From the NCBI GenBank assembly GCA_040386535.1, contig JAZKFH010000010.1, forward strand, positions 1 to 64,000: 64,000 nucleotides of DNA, read 5' to 3'. The DNA comes from Myxococcota bacterium. GTDB lineage: Bacteria > Myxococcota_A > UBA796 > SXON01. The position numbers and the translations under genes were made by a program. The notes under the pieces were generated by a model that was given only the letters and a program-made list of their open reading frames with translations, ran no database searches and was not told the origin of the DNA. Positions 29,548-38,774 of the stretch are shown one piece after another. Each line of letters starts with the position of its first letter. Within the stretch, counting starts at the first letter, position 1.

Positions 29548-32500
29548 CTACTTCGCCGTCGCCGCGTCCATCAGACCCGCGTGCGTCGATCCCGCCTCCG
29601 CCTTCCGCGCCGCACGCGCCCGCCCGGTGAACCGGTCGAGCATCGTGTAGACCACCGGCACCACCACGAGCGTGAGCACGGTCGACACGGTCACGCCGCC
29701 GATGACCGCGATCGCCATGGGCGCGCGGAACTCGGAGCCGGCCGCGTCGCTCATCGCCGTCGGAAGCATGCCGAGCACGATGGTCGCCGAGGTCATGATG
29801 ATCGGGCGGAGCCGCGTCGGGCCGGCCTCGAGCAGCGCGTCCATCACGCCGTAGCCCAACTCGTCGCGGAGCTGGTTGGCGCGATCGACGAGGAGGATGG
29901 CGTTCTTGGTGACGAGGCCCATGAGCAGGATGACGCCGATGAAGGTCGACATCCCCATGGGGCTGCCGGTGAGGAACAGCGCGACGAACGCCCCGACGAT
30001 GGCGAGCGGGAGGGACACCATGATGGTGATGGGGTGGATGAAGCTCTCGAACTGGCTGGCGAGCACCACGTAGATGAAGATGATCGCGAGCACGAGCGCC
30101 ACGCCGAACGCGGCCCCCGACTCCGCCATCTGCTCGGCCTGGCCGCCGAAGAGGATCGCGTAGCCTTCGGGCAAGTCGAGCTTGTCGGTCTTCGACTCGA
30201 TCTCGCCGACCACCTCGCCGAGCGAGCGCCCGAGGGTGCCCGCAGACACCGTGATCTGGCGCTGCCGGGCCTCGCGCTCGATGGTGGCGGGGCCGGTGCT
30301 GTGCTCGACGGTGGCGACCTGCCGAAGCGCCACGGGGCCCTCGCGCGTCGCGAGCGACAACGACTCGAGGGTGGCGAGGTCCACGCGGTCCTCCTCGCGG
30401 AGGCGGACGCGGACGTCGTAGTCCTCCTCGCCCTCGCGGAACCGCGTGGGCGTGTCCCCGACGATGGCGCTGCGGAGGGCGGAGCCGGCCTGGAGCGCGG
30501 TGACGCCGAAGCCGGCGGCGCGGTCGCGATCGAGGTGCACCTGGAGCTCGGGGAGGCCCGGGGCGAAGCTGGTGTCGATGTCCGTGGTGCCGGGGGTCGC
30601 CGCCACGATGGCCCGCACCTCCTCGGAGATGCGCGAGAGCTCGTCGAAGTCGGGGCCGCGCACGTTCACCATGATCGGCGCCTGGCGCACGTCGGAGTCC
30701 CCCTCCATCAGCCCCGCCTCGGTGAAGGCGAAGCGGATGCCGGGCACCTTTGCGAACTGCGCACGGAAGTCGTTGGTGACCTGCTCCAGCGAGCGGTCAC
30801 GCTCGCCCTTGTCGACCATGCGGACGCGGAGCGACGCCTTGCGGGCCTCCTCGCTGGGCCCGATCGTCGCGTAGACGAGCCGCGTGTCAGGGTCGGCGTG
30901 GAGGATCGCCTCGAGGTCGGCCACGACCTGGGTGGTGTGGTCGAGCGAGGTGCCGGGGGGCAGGGTGACGTTCGCGACGAACTCGCCGCGATCGGCCTTC
31001 GGGAAGAACTCCGAGCCGGTCATGGAGATCGCGCCGAAGCTGGCGACGAAGGCGAGCGAAGCGGCGGCGAGCACCTTCCAGCGGTGGCGGAGCGCGACGG
31101 CGAGCACGCGCTTGTAGCCGCTGTCCAGGCCGTCCAGGATGCCGAGCCATTGGCGGGTGATCCAGAAGCGCTGCGGGTGCTCCTCGTGGGGCTTGACGAG
31201 GCGCGCCGAGAGCATCGGGTCGACCGTGAAGGCGACGAACAGGGACACGGACACCGCGATGGCGACGGTGAGCGCGAACTGCTGGAACATCTGTCCGATC
31301 ATGCCGGTGGTGAAGCCGACGGGGATGAACACCGCGAGGATGGTCGCGGTGGTGGCGAACACGGCGAGGGCGATCTCTTTGGTGCCCTTGCTCGCGGCCG
31401 TGAAGGGGTCCTCCCCCATCTCGATGTGCCGGAAGATGTTCTCGCGCACGACGATCGCGTCGTCCACGAGGAAGCCGACGGAGAGCGAGAGCCCCATCAG
31501 CGACATCATGTTGAGCGAGAAGCCGGCGAGGTACATCCCGAAGAACGTCGCGACGATCGAGGTCGGCAACGCGAGCGCCGAGATGAACGTCGAGCGCCAG
31601 TCGAGCATGAAAATGAAGATGATCCCGATGGCGGAGAGCGCCCCGATGATCAGCTCCTGCTGCACGTGGTGGGCGTTCTCGCTGATGAACACGGAGGTGT
31701 CGATGATCTTGTCGAGCTCGATGCCGGGGGGCAGGGCCGCGCGGGCGATGGGGAGCATCTCCTCCACGCCCTCCGCCGCCGCGACCGTGTTCCCGCCGCT
31801 CTGCTTCATGATGTCGAGCGCCACGGCCTCCTTGCCGTCGACCCGCACCAGCGTGCGCCGCTCCTTCGAGCCGTCGACCACGGTGCCGAGGTCCCCCACG
31901 GTGACCGAGACGCCGCCGATGGTGGCGACCGTGAGCGCCGCGATGTCCTCGACACGCTCGACCTCGCCGACGAGGCGCAACGAGGCCTCCTGCGGCCCCT
32001 GATCGAGCCGCCCGGTCGGCACGTTCGAGTTCTCGAGCGCGAGCGCCTGGCTCACCTGCGCCACGGTGAGCCCCCAGCGCGAGAGCTTCTCCGCGGAGAG
32101 CTGCACCTGGATCTCCCGCTCCTCGCCGCCGCGGACGGTGATCGCCGCGACGCCGTCCGAGCGCTCCAGGATGGGCTTGATCACGTCGTCCGCGAGGGCG
32201 CGCACGGAGCGGGCGTCGGCGTCGCCGGAGAGTACGAGCGACATGACGGGCGCCGCGGACGGGTCCAGCCGCATGTAGGACGACTCTTCGACCTGGTCCG
32301 GCATGGCGCGGTGCGCGGCGGTGGCGCGGTCGCGCACGTCCACGTTCGCCATCTTCACGTCGGTGCCGATGTCGAACATCACGATGATGAGCGACACGCC
32401 CTCGCGCGAGTAGGACCGGACCGAGTCCACCCCTTCGAGCGAACCGACCGCGTCCTCGATGGGACGGGTCACGATCTGCTCGACCTCCTCGGGGCCCGCG

Positions 32501-32658
32501 CCCGGGTACGGCGTCGTGACCGTGACGATGGGGAACGAGATGTCCGGGAACATGTCGACGCCGAGCCGGCTGTAGCCGACCATCCCGAGGATCATCATCG
32601 CGACCATCACCATGGTCGTGAAGACGGGGCGCTTGATGGCGATGTCGCTGATGTTCAC
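29548..32658 (-). CDS. RND efflux permease (AcrB/HAE1 family)
   Basis: 1036 aa; IKRPVFT, VDDAIVVRENI, KNAILL, RLRPI. Confidence 0.96.
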   Translation of the reverse strand: MNISDIAIKRPVFTTMVMVAMMILGMVGYSRLGVDMFPDISFPIVTVTTPYPGAGPEEVEQIVTRPIEDAVGSLEGVDSVRSYSREGVSLIIVMFDIGTDVKMANVDVRDRATAAHRAMPDQVEESSYMRLDPSAAPVMSLVLSGDADARSVRALADDVIKPILERSDGVAAITVRGGEEREIQVQLSAEKLSRWGLTVAQVSQALALENSNVPTGRLDQGPQEASLRLVGEVERVEDIAALTVATIGGVSVTVGDLGTVVDGSKERRTLVRVDGKEAVALDIMKQSGGNTVAAAEGVEEMLPIARAALPPGIELDKIIDTSVFISENAHHVQQELIIGALSAIGIIFIFMLDWRSTFISALALPTSIVATFFGMYLAGFSLNMMSLMGLSLSVGFLVDDAIVVRENIFRHIEMGEDPFTAASKGTKEIALAVFATTATILAVFIPVGFTTGMIGQMFQQFALTVAIAVSVSLFVAFTVDPMLSARLVKPHEEHPQRFWITRQWLGILDGLDSGYKRVLAVALRHRWKVLAAASLAFVASFGAISMTGSEFFPKADRGEFVANVTLPPGTSLDHTTQVVADLEAILHADPDTRLVYATIGPSEEARKASLRVRMVDKGERDRSLEQVTNDFRAQFAKVPGIRFAFTEAGLMEGDSDVRQAPIMVNVRGPDFDELSRISEEVRAIVAATPGTTDIDTSFAPGLPELQVHLDRDRAAGFGVTALQAGSALRSAIVGDTPTRFREGEEDYDVRVRLREEDRVDLATLESLSLATREGPVALRQVATVEHSTGPATIEREARQRQITVSAGTLGRSLGEVVGEIESKTDKLDLPEGYAILFGGQAEQMAESGAAFGVALVLAIIFIYVVLASQFESFIHPITIMVSLPLAIVGAFVALFLTGSPMGMSTFIGVILLMGLVTKNAILLVDRANQLRDELGYGVMDALLEAGPTRLRPIIMTSATIVLGMLPTAMSDAAGSEFRAPMAIAVIGGVTVSTVLTLVVVPVVYTMLDRFTGRARAARKAEAGSTHAGLMDAATAK

Positions 32659-33800
32659 GAGGGCACCGTCGCGACCGCGGCGGGCGCCGCCGGCTTCCCA
32701 CCCGGGACGCGCGGGGTGACGGCCGCGCCGTCGGTGAGGAAGGTCTGCCCGGCGACCACGACGGTCGCGCCGGCGGGGAGGCCCTCGGTCTCGATCCAGT
32801 CGCCGTCGCGGAGGCCGGGGCGCACGGGGGTGCGACGCGCGACGGTGCCGTCGACCACGTAGACATAGGCGCCCTCGTCCCCTTCGAGCACCGCGCGCGC
32901 GGGCACGGCGACGGCGCCGGGGCGCTGGCCGAGCAGGAGCACGGCGGTGGCGGTGCCGTGCGGGAGGAGCCCGGCGGCGGGGCCGAGCTCGATGACCACC
33001 TCGGCCTTGCGGCTCTGCGCGTCGAGCGCCGGAGACACCGTCCGCACCGAGGCGGTGGGGAGATCCGCGGCGTGATCGCTCACGACGGTCACGGCGCCGC
33101 CGGCCACGAGGCGGGCGGCGGTTCGCTCGTCCACCGAGACCACGAGCTCGAGCGCGCCGAGATCCTGGACGACGAACGCGGCCACGCCGGTGCTCACCAT
33201 GCGGCCCACGTCGGTCGCGCGGCGGGTCACCACGCCGTCGATCGGGCTGCGCAGTGTCGCGTCCGCGAGCCGCTCGCGGGCCAAACCGAGCGCCGCCTTG
33301 GCCTGGAGGACCTGCGCCTCGGACGACAACGAGCGGCTCTTCGCCGCGACGAGCTGCGCGTCGGTCACGCCGCCGACACCGGCCACGGCCTGCGACACGT
33401 CGTAGTCGCGGAGCGCCGTGTCGCGGCCGGCCTCGGCCATCGCGAGCGAGGCCTGCGCCTGCTCGACCTGGAGCGAGGCGTCGCGCGACTCCAGGCGCGC
33501 CAGCACGTCACCCTTGCGGACCTGCGTCCCGACGTCCACGAGGAGCGCCTCGACGCGGCCGGGCACATCCGCCACCACGTCCGCCTCGTGGCGGGCGCGC
33601 AGCGACCCCGCGATCCGCACGGTCTCCACGAGATCGCGGGGGGCCGCCACCATCACGTCCACCGGGACGGAGACGGCCACCGCCGTGGCCTCCGCGGCGT
33701 CGTCCCGGCGCGTCACCGACTCGCCCACGCGCCATGCCGTCAGCCCACACAGAGCGGCGCTCCCCAACAGGATGCCACCGACCAGGACCATGCGTTTCAT
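32655..33800 (-). CDS. RND periplasmic adaptor (membrane fusion protein)
   Basis: N-terminal TM; V.KGDVLARL, LRSPIDGVV; 4-bp overlaps on both sides. Confidence 0.92.
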   Translation of the reverse strand: MKRMVLVGGILLGSAALCGLTAWRVGESVTRRDDAAEATAVAVSVPVDVMVAAPRDLVETVRIAGSLRARHEADVVADVPGRVEALLVDVGTQVRKGDVLARLESRDASLQVEQAQASLAMAEAGRDTALRDYDVSQAVAGVGGVTDAQLVAAKSRSLSSEAQVLQAKAALGLARERLADATLRSPIDGVVTRRATDVGRMVSTGVAAFVVQDLGALELVVSVDERTAARLVAGGAVTVVSDHAADLPTASVRTVSPALDAQSRKAEVVIELGPAAGLLPHGTATAVLLLGQRPGAVAVPARAVLEGDEGAYVYVVDGTVARRTPVRPGLRDGDWIETEGLPAGATVVVAGQTFLTDGAAVTPRVPGGKPAAPAAVATVPS

Positions 33801-34426
33801 ACGGAAGCTCCACGGGCACGGGCCCCGTCCAGGAAGAGGCGGCAGATGAAGGCGGGCGCGTCCGCCACGGGCCCTGCGGGTCCGAACAGGGCCCACTTGT
33901 TGAAGCTCTCCAGGATCCCCGAGAGGGCGAGGACCATCGGGAGGCGCTCGCCGGGGGCGAAGGTCCCTGCCTCCTGGCCGACGCGGAGCACCCCGTCGAT
34001 CGTGGCGAAGTAGCGCTGGCCGAACGCGCGCATCCGGGCGCCCTGCTCCCCCTCGATCGACGGGAAGTTCCCTGGCGCGGCGAGGAACACCTTCACGACG
34101 GGGAGGTTCTCGAGGTGCGTGTCGTGGATGGTGCGCACCAGCGCCGCGAGCATCTCCTCGAACGCGAGGCCCGAGGCCGGGAGCGCCTCGAGCTCCTCGA
34201 AGAGGGGCTCCGCCAGCTCCGTCATCAGGACCTCGATCAGCTCCTCCTTCGAGCGGAAGTGCCGGTAGATCGAGCCTACGGCGAACTCGGCCTCCCGCGC
34301 GACCTGCTCGACGGTGAGGCCCTCGATGCCGCGTGCCGCGAGGATCTTGCGCGCCGCGTCGAGGATCTCCTGCCGGTGGCGGAGACGCTCGCGCTCGCGG
34401 CGGGGGAGCTTGTCGGGTTGGTCCAT
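33797..34426 (-). CDS. TetR/AcrR family regulator
   Basis: ILDAA..TVEQVAREA..GSIYRHFRSKEEL. Confidence 0.93.
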   Translation of the reverse strand: MDQPDKLPRRERERLRHRQEILDAARKILAARGIEGLTVEQVAREAEFAVGSIYRHFRSKEELIEVLMTELAEPLFEELEALPASGLAFEEMLAALVRTIHDTHLENLPVVKVFLAAPGNFPSIEGEQGARMRAFGQRYFATIDGVLRVGQEAGTFAPGERLPMVLALSGILESFNKWALFGPAGPVADAPAFICRLFLDGARARGASV

Positions 34427-34428
34427 GA

Positions 34429-34482
34429 GTGAGCCGTCCTTCTTGACGTGAATGACGTTCACACATTACCTGGCGGGCTCAC
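34429..34482. promoter_or_regulatory. Candidate TetR operator (nested inverted repeats) in the divergent promoter
   Basis: GTGAA-N5-TTCAC (34448-34462) inside GTGAGCC...GGCTCAC; TTGACG at 34443. Confidence 0.55.
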
Positions 34483-34493
34483 GGATGCAAGGC

Positions 34494-35798
34494 ATGCCTC
34501 ATCTCACGAGCCGCTCGTTCATCGGGTGGATGGCCCTCACCCTCACGTCGTTCGTCGCGGGGCCCGCGCTGGCCGAGGTCCCGGTGGTGACCCTGGAAGA
34601 GGCCCTCCTGCTCGCCGAGACCCGCACGCCCGGCGTCCACGCGGCCGAGGCCGGCGTCGAGGCCGCCCAGGCGCAGCTGAACGGGTCGTGGGCGTCCCGG
34701 CTGCCGTCGCTCTCGGTCTCCGGGAACGTGCTCATCTACCCGGAGGAGCAGGTGCTCGAGCTGGCGCCCGGGCAGGAGCTGGTGGTCCGGGAGCAGGTCA
34801 CGTCGAGCATCACCGCGCGGGCGTCGCTGCCGCTCACCGGGCAGTTCGCCATCGATCGGCAGGTCGCCGCGGCGAAGGCAGGCCGGGACGCGGGGCTCGC
34901 CTCGCGCCACGCCGCCGTGCTCGATGCGCGCTGGCGCGCGGAGGACGCGTGGTACGCGGCGCTCCAGGCCGAGCGGCAATTCGCGAACGCGGAAGCGCAG
35001 CAGAAGAGCCTCGACACGCGCGTACGCACCGCGCAGGCGACCCACGCGGCGGGCGCCCTCACCCGGAACGACCTGCTGCTCGCCGAGCTCGCGCTCGCGC
35101 AGGCGAAGCAGGGCGTGCTCCAGCTGGAAGCCGGGCGGGACGCGGCCTACGGCGCCCTGGGCCTCGCGATCGGCACGCTCGACGAGCCGGCGCGCCCGGG
35201 AGAGGCCCCCGCCGAGGCGCCCCGCGTGCCCCCCGAGCTGGCCGATCTTGCCGAGCGCGCGGTGAGCACGCGCCCCGATCTCGTCGCGCTCCGCCACCGG
35301 GTCGACGCGTCGCGCGCCTCCGCCGCCGCGCAGTCCTGGAGCCGCCTCCCCTCGGTGTCCGCGATGGCCGTGTACCAACATGCCGAGGGCAACGGCCTGT
35401 TCGGCGAGCCGGACACGATGTACGCCGGCGCCACGCTGGATTGGACCGTGTGGGCGTGGGGCAAGTCGGCCGCCGGCGTGCGCGCGGCCAAGGCGGGGAC
35501 CACCCAGATCGCCGCGCAGCTCGAAGCGGCCGAAGCCGGCGCGCGTCTCGAAGTGCGGACGCGCGCGCGTTCGCTCGCCGCGGCGGTGGCGGGGTGGGAG
35601 GTCGCGAAGGGCAGCATCGCGCAGGCAGAGGAGAACCTGAAGATCCAGGAAGCCCGCCAGCAAGCCGGGAGCGGCACGATGCAGGAGGTGCTCGACGCGG
35701 AGGTGGCGCTGCTCCGCGCCCGCTCCAACGAGGCCACCGCGCTCTACGATGCGTGGCGTGCGGACGCGGCGCTGCAGCGGGCGGCCGGGGCGGAGTGA
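34494..35798 (+). CDS. TolC-family outer membrane efflux protein
   Basis: Signal peptide, TLEEAL, two RLPS-containing helical repeats, EVLDAE. Confidence 0.9.
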   Translation: MPHLTSRSFIGWMALTLTSFVAGPALAEVPVVTLEEALLLAETRTPGVHAAEAGVEAAQAQLNGSWASRLPSLSVSGNVLIYPEEQVLELAPGQELVVREQVTSSITARASLPLTGQFAIDRQVAAAKAGRDAGLASRHAAVLDARWRAEDAWYAALQAERQFANAEAQQKSLDTRVRTAQATHAAGALTRNDLLLAELALAQAKQGVLQLEAGRDAAYGALGLAIGTLDEPARPGEAPAEAPRVPPELADLAERAVSTRPDLVALRHRVDASRASAAAQSWSRLPSVSAMAVYQHAEGNGLFGEPDTMYAGATLDWTVWAWGKSAAGVRAAKAGTTQIAAQLEAAEAGARLEVRTRARSLAAAVAGWEVAKGSIAQAEENLKIQEARQQAGSGTMQEVLDAEVALLRARSNEATALYDAWRADAALQRAAGAE

Positions 35799-35902
35799 GG
35801 GGTCCGCCGGGGCGACTTACGACCAACTGTTCCACTCCTGTGCGAGAACACACGGTGAGCGACGGAACGATCGGTAGCGTTTGTGTTTACACCGCCGGTG
35901 TG

Positions 35903-35918
35903 TGTGAAGTGACCCACA
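35903..35918. promoter_or_regulatory. CRP/FNR- or Rex-like site upstream of the cytochrome operon
   Basis: TGTGA-AGTGAC-CCACA, one mismatch to TGTGA-N6-TCACA. Confidence 0.4.
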
Positions 35919-35973
35919 TCACGGCGGTCCGGACGCGCTAGAGGAGGGCAACTCCCCGGAGTTGTTCTTTCCA

Positions 35974-38007
35974 ATGGCGACTCCGCCCGTGCTTTTTTGC
36001 GCGCGACGACGCATTCTCCCCGTGCTGATGCTCGCGTGGGCGAGCACGTCCGCCTCCTGCCTGGTGGACGAGGAGTGGCCCGGCGAAGACAGCCGCCCGC
36101 TCACGCCGGGGGCCACCGCAGCGGGCGGGCTCGAGGGCGTCGTCACCGACGCGGACGGCGCGCCCGTCCCCTCCGCCCTCGTCACGACCGACCCGCGCGG
36201 CATGGAGACCGTCGCCGCGGTGGACGGCAGCTTCCGGTTCGACCGGCTCCTGCCCGACGCCTACCGCGTCGTCGCGAACGCCCCCGGGTTTGTGCCCACC
36301 ACCTCCGCCGAGGTCACCGTGCTCGCCGGCGAGATCACCCCCCTCGACGTGCGGCTCGGCCCCGCCCCCGTGGTGGATGGCGTCCTGTACCTTCGCGTCG
36401 CCGGCCCCGACGACCTCCCGTGGACCGGCGCCGTCGTCACCGCCGTCGCGGACACGACGACCGTGACCGGCACGACCGATGCCGCGGGGGAGCTCACCCT
36501 GTACGGGCTCGCCGGCCTCGTGGTGGACGTGACCGTCGCCGAGCCGACGGACCGGCTCTGGCCGCGCACCACCACCGACGTGAGCGTCCCCATGCTCGGC
36601 GGCGCCGAGCTCGCCTTCACCCTCTCCGGCCGCGCCGCGGAGGGCACCCGCGAGGTCGGGACCCGGCTCTGCGCGATGTGCCACGCCGACACCGCCGCGA
36701 GCCTCGCCGAGACCGCGCACGGCCGCGCGCTGAGCGAGGTCGAGGGCGCGCCCGCGATCGGCTTCGACGGCGGCACGACGATCGACCTCGGCGGGCCCAC
36801 CGCCACGCTCGGCCGCGTCGACGGCGAGCCCGTCGTTCGCTTCGATGCCACCGACGGCTCGTCCGAGACCTGGATCGTGCTCGGCCTGATCGGAGGCGCC
36901 GAACGGGGCGCGGTCCCGTGGACCGAGCGGGACGGCGTCGCCTGGTCGCTGCCGGTCGCCTGGGTCGCCGCCGACCCCACCCGCCCCGGCTGGTCCGACG
37001 GCGGCTGGGTCATGGCCGCCGCCGGCATGGAGGGCTGGTTCACCGCGGATGGCACGTTCGAAGGTGCGCCCGATCCCGCCGGCGCCGCCGAGCCCGCCTG
37101 CTTCGGCTGCCACGTCACCGGGTTCACCCTCGACGTGGGCTCCGACGGAGGCGTCTCCATGGTCGCCGCGTCCGGCGCCGACGCGCGCTGGGACGAGCCC
37201 GGCGTGGGCTGCGAGCGCTGCCACGGCGCCGGGGAGGACCACACCAGCGGCCCGCTCTCCGAGAAGCCGCTCCGCATCACCAACCCCGCCCACCTCGACA
37301 CCGACCGCGCGAACGACGTGTGTGGCCAGTGCCACGCCGCGCTCGACGGCGCCGAGGACACACCCTACGCCTGGCGTGACACCCACGCGTTGTTCCAACC
37401 CGGCGAGGCCCTCGCCATCCCCTCTGCCTACACGGGCTGGAGCTCGGGTGCGGCCAACGTCCCCGGCGCCGAGTCCGACGAATTGGCCCGGTCCACGCAC
37501 GCGACCGGCGGCTGGTCGGCGCGCTGCACCGACTGCCACGATCCACACGGCTCCACGATCGCCGCCGATCTGCACCAGGAGCACCTGGACAACACGCTGT
37601 GTGTGTCGTGTCACGGCGCGTTGAGCTTCGACCGCTCCGAGGCGGCCATCGCCGACCACGCCGGCCATGCCCTCTACCAACCCGGGGAGGCGCCCGGCGC
37701 CGGCCGGTGCACCGGCTGTCACATGCCGCTCACCGCCGCCCGATCGGCGTGGCGGGAGAGCTCGGGCGCGGGAGACCTCGCCAGCCACCGCTTCGTCGCC
37801 ATCTCCCCGGCCGACTCGCTCGCCGCCTTCGACGCCGCCGGGGTGGACACCCTGGCCGCCGGCGCGTTCTCCCCCAACGCCTGCCAGGAATGCCACGCCT
37901 GGAACGACGCGCTCCTGGATGGTGCGTTCCCGGGCCCCGCGGGTGACATGAACGAGCGCGCGACGCACGAGGCGCTCGAGTCGGCGTTCGACGGGATGTT
38001 CCCATGA
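35974..38007 (+). CDS. Octaheme c-type cytochrome with N-terminal carboxypeptidase-regulatory-like (Ig) domains; probable lipoprotein
   Basis: 8 CxxCH; G.VTDADGAPV..A.V..DG.F.F..L.P..Y; start uncertain. Confidence 0.88.
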   Translation: MATPPVLFCARRRILPVLMLAWASTSASCLVDEEWPGEDSRPLTPGATAAGGLEGVVTDADGAPVPSALVTTDPRGMETVAAVDGSFRFDRLLPDAYRVVANAPGFVPTTSAEVTVLAGEITPLDVRLGPAPVVDGVLYLRVAGPDDLPWTGAVVTAVADTTTVTGTTDAAGELTLYGLAGLVVDVTVAEPTDRLWPRTTTDVSVPMLGGAELAFTLSGRAAEGTREVGTRLCAMCHADTAASLAETAHGRALSEVEGAPAIGFDGGTTIDLGGPTATLGRVDGEPVVRFDATDGSSETWIVLGLIGGAERGAVPWTERDGVAWSLPVAWVAADPTRPGWSDGGWVMAAAGMEGWFTADGTFEGAPDPAGAAEPACFGCHVTGFTLDVGSDGGVSMVAASGADARWDEPGVGCERCHGAGEDHTSGPLSEKPLRITNPAHLDTDRANDVCGQCHAALDGAEDTPYAWRDTHALFQPGEALAIPSAYTGWSSGAANVPGAESDELARSTHATGGWSARCTDCHDPHGSTIAADLHQEHLDNTLCVSCHGALSFDRSEAAIADHAGHALYQPGEAPGAGRCTGCHMPLTAARSAWRESSGAGDLASHRFVAISPADSLAAFDAAGVDTLAAGAFSPNACQECHAWNDALLDGAFPGPAGDMNERATHEALESAFDGMFP

Positions 38008-38774
38008 TGGTGCTGCTCCTGATCGGGTGCGGGCTCGCCCCGACCAACTCGCCCACGGGCGCGATCCAATTCCCCCACGCCGCCGACTACGAGGCGGGCG
38101 CCGTGCACGGCCCCGAGACGACGGCGGCGGGCGCGGCGACGTGCCTCGGGTGCCATCGCGAGGACAGCGCCACGGGCGACCAGGGCGCGCCCACCTGTGC
38201 GAGCTGCCATGCGGGCTATCCCCACGCCGAAGGCTGGCTCGCCGGCGCCGTGCATGGCACCTTCCCCACCGATCCGGCCTGCCAATCCTGCCACGGTGCC
38301 ACCGGGCTCTCCGCCCCCGCCTGCACCTCGTGCCACGGCAGCTACCCACATCCGCCCGACTGGGCCGAGGCGGGCCAGCACGGCGCCTGGACCCTCGCCC
38401 GCGGCTCGGCGACCGCCTCCTGCGGCGCGTGCCACGGCGCCGATCTCGCCGGCGCCGCCACGGCCCCCTCGTGCACCAGTTGCCACGTCGGCTTTCCGCA
38501 CCCGGCCGGGTGGAGCGCGGGCGCCTCCCACGGCGCCGCGGAGCTCACCACCTGCGCGGATTGCCACGGCGCGGCCGGCACGGGTGGCACCAGCGGCGTC
38601 GCGTGCGCCCAATGCCACGCCACCTACCCGCACGCCGAGGGTTGGCTCGCCGGGCACCTCCCGGTCGCGGACAAGGTGGGCGAGGCGGTGTGTCTCGGCT
38701 GCCACGCGGCTGGCGACGGCCCCGCCGCGATGCCCGCCGCGTGTGGCGCCACCTGCCACGGGGGCACGCCATGA
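38004..38774 (+). CDS. Decaheme lipoprotein cytochrome built from five diheme repeats
   Basis: LIGC lipobox; 9 CxxCH + 1 CxxxCH. Confidence 0.9.
   Translation: MMVLLLIGCGLAPTNSPTGAIQFPHAADYEAGAVHGPETTAAGAATCLGCHREDSATGDQGAPTCASCHAGYPHAEGWLAGAVHGTFPTDPACQSCHGATGLSAPACTSCHGSYPHPPDWAEAGQHGAWTLARGSATASCGACHGADLAGAATAPSCTSCHVGFPHPAGWSAGASHGAAELTTCADCHGAAGTGGTSGVACAQCHATYPHAEGWLAGHLPVADKVGEAVCLGCHAAGDGPAAMPAACGATCHGGTP

Noticed and set aside
29581..32862. Very long antisense ORFs (also 1683-4379, 6384-9065, 44944-47508, 55157-57736)
   Set aside because: Shadow ORFs expected at high GC opposite well-supported genes; no motifs
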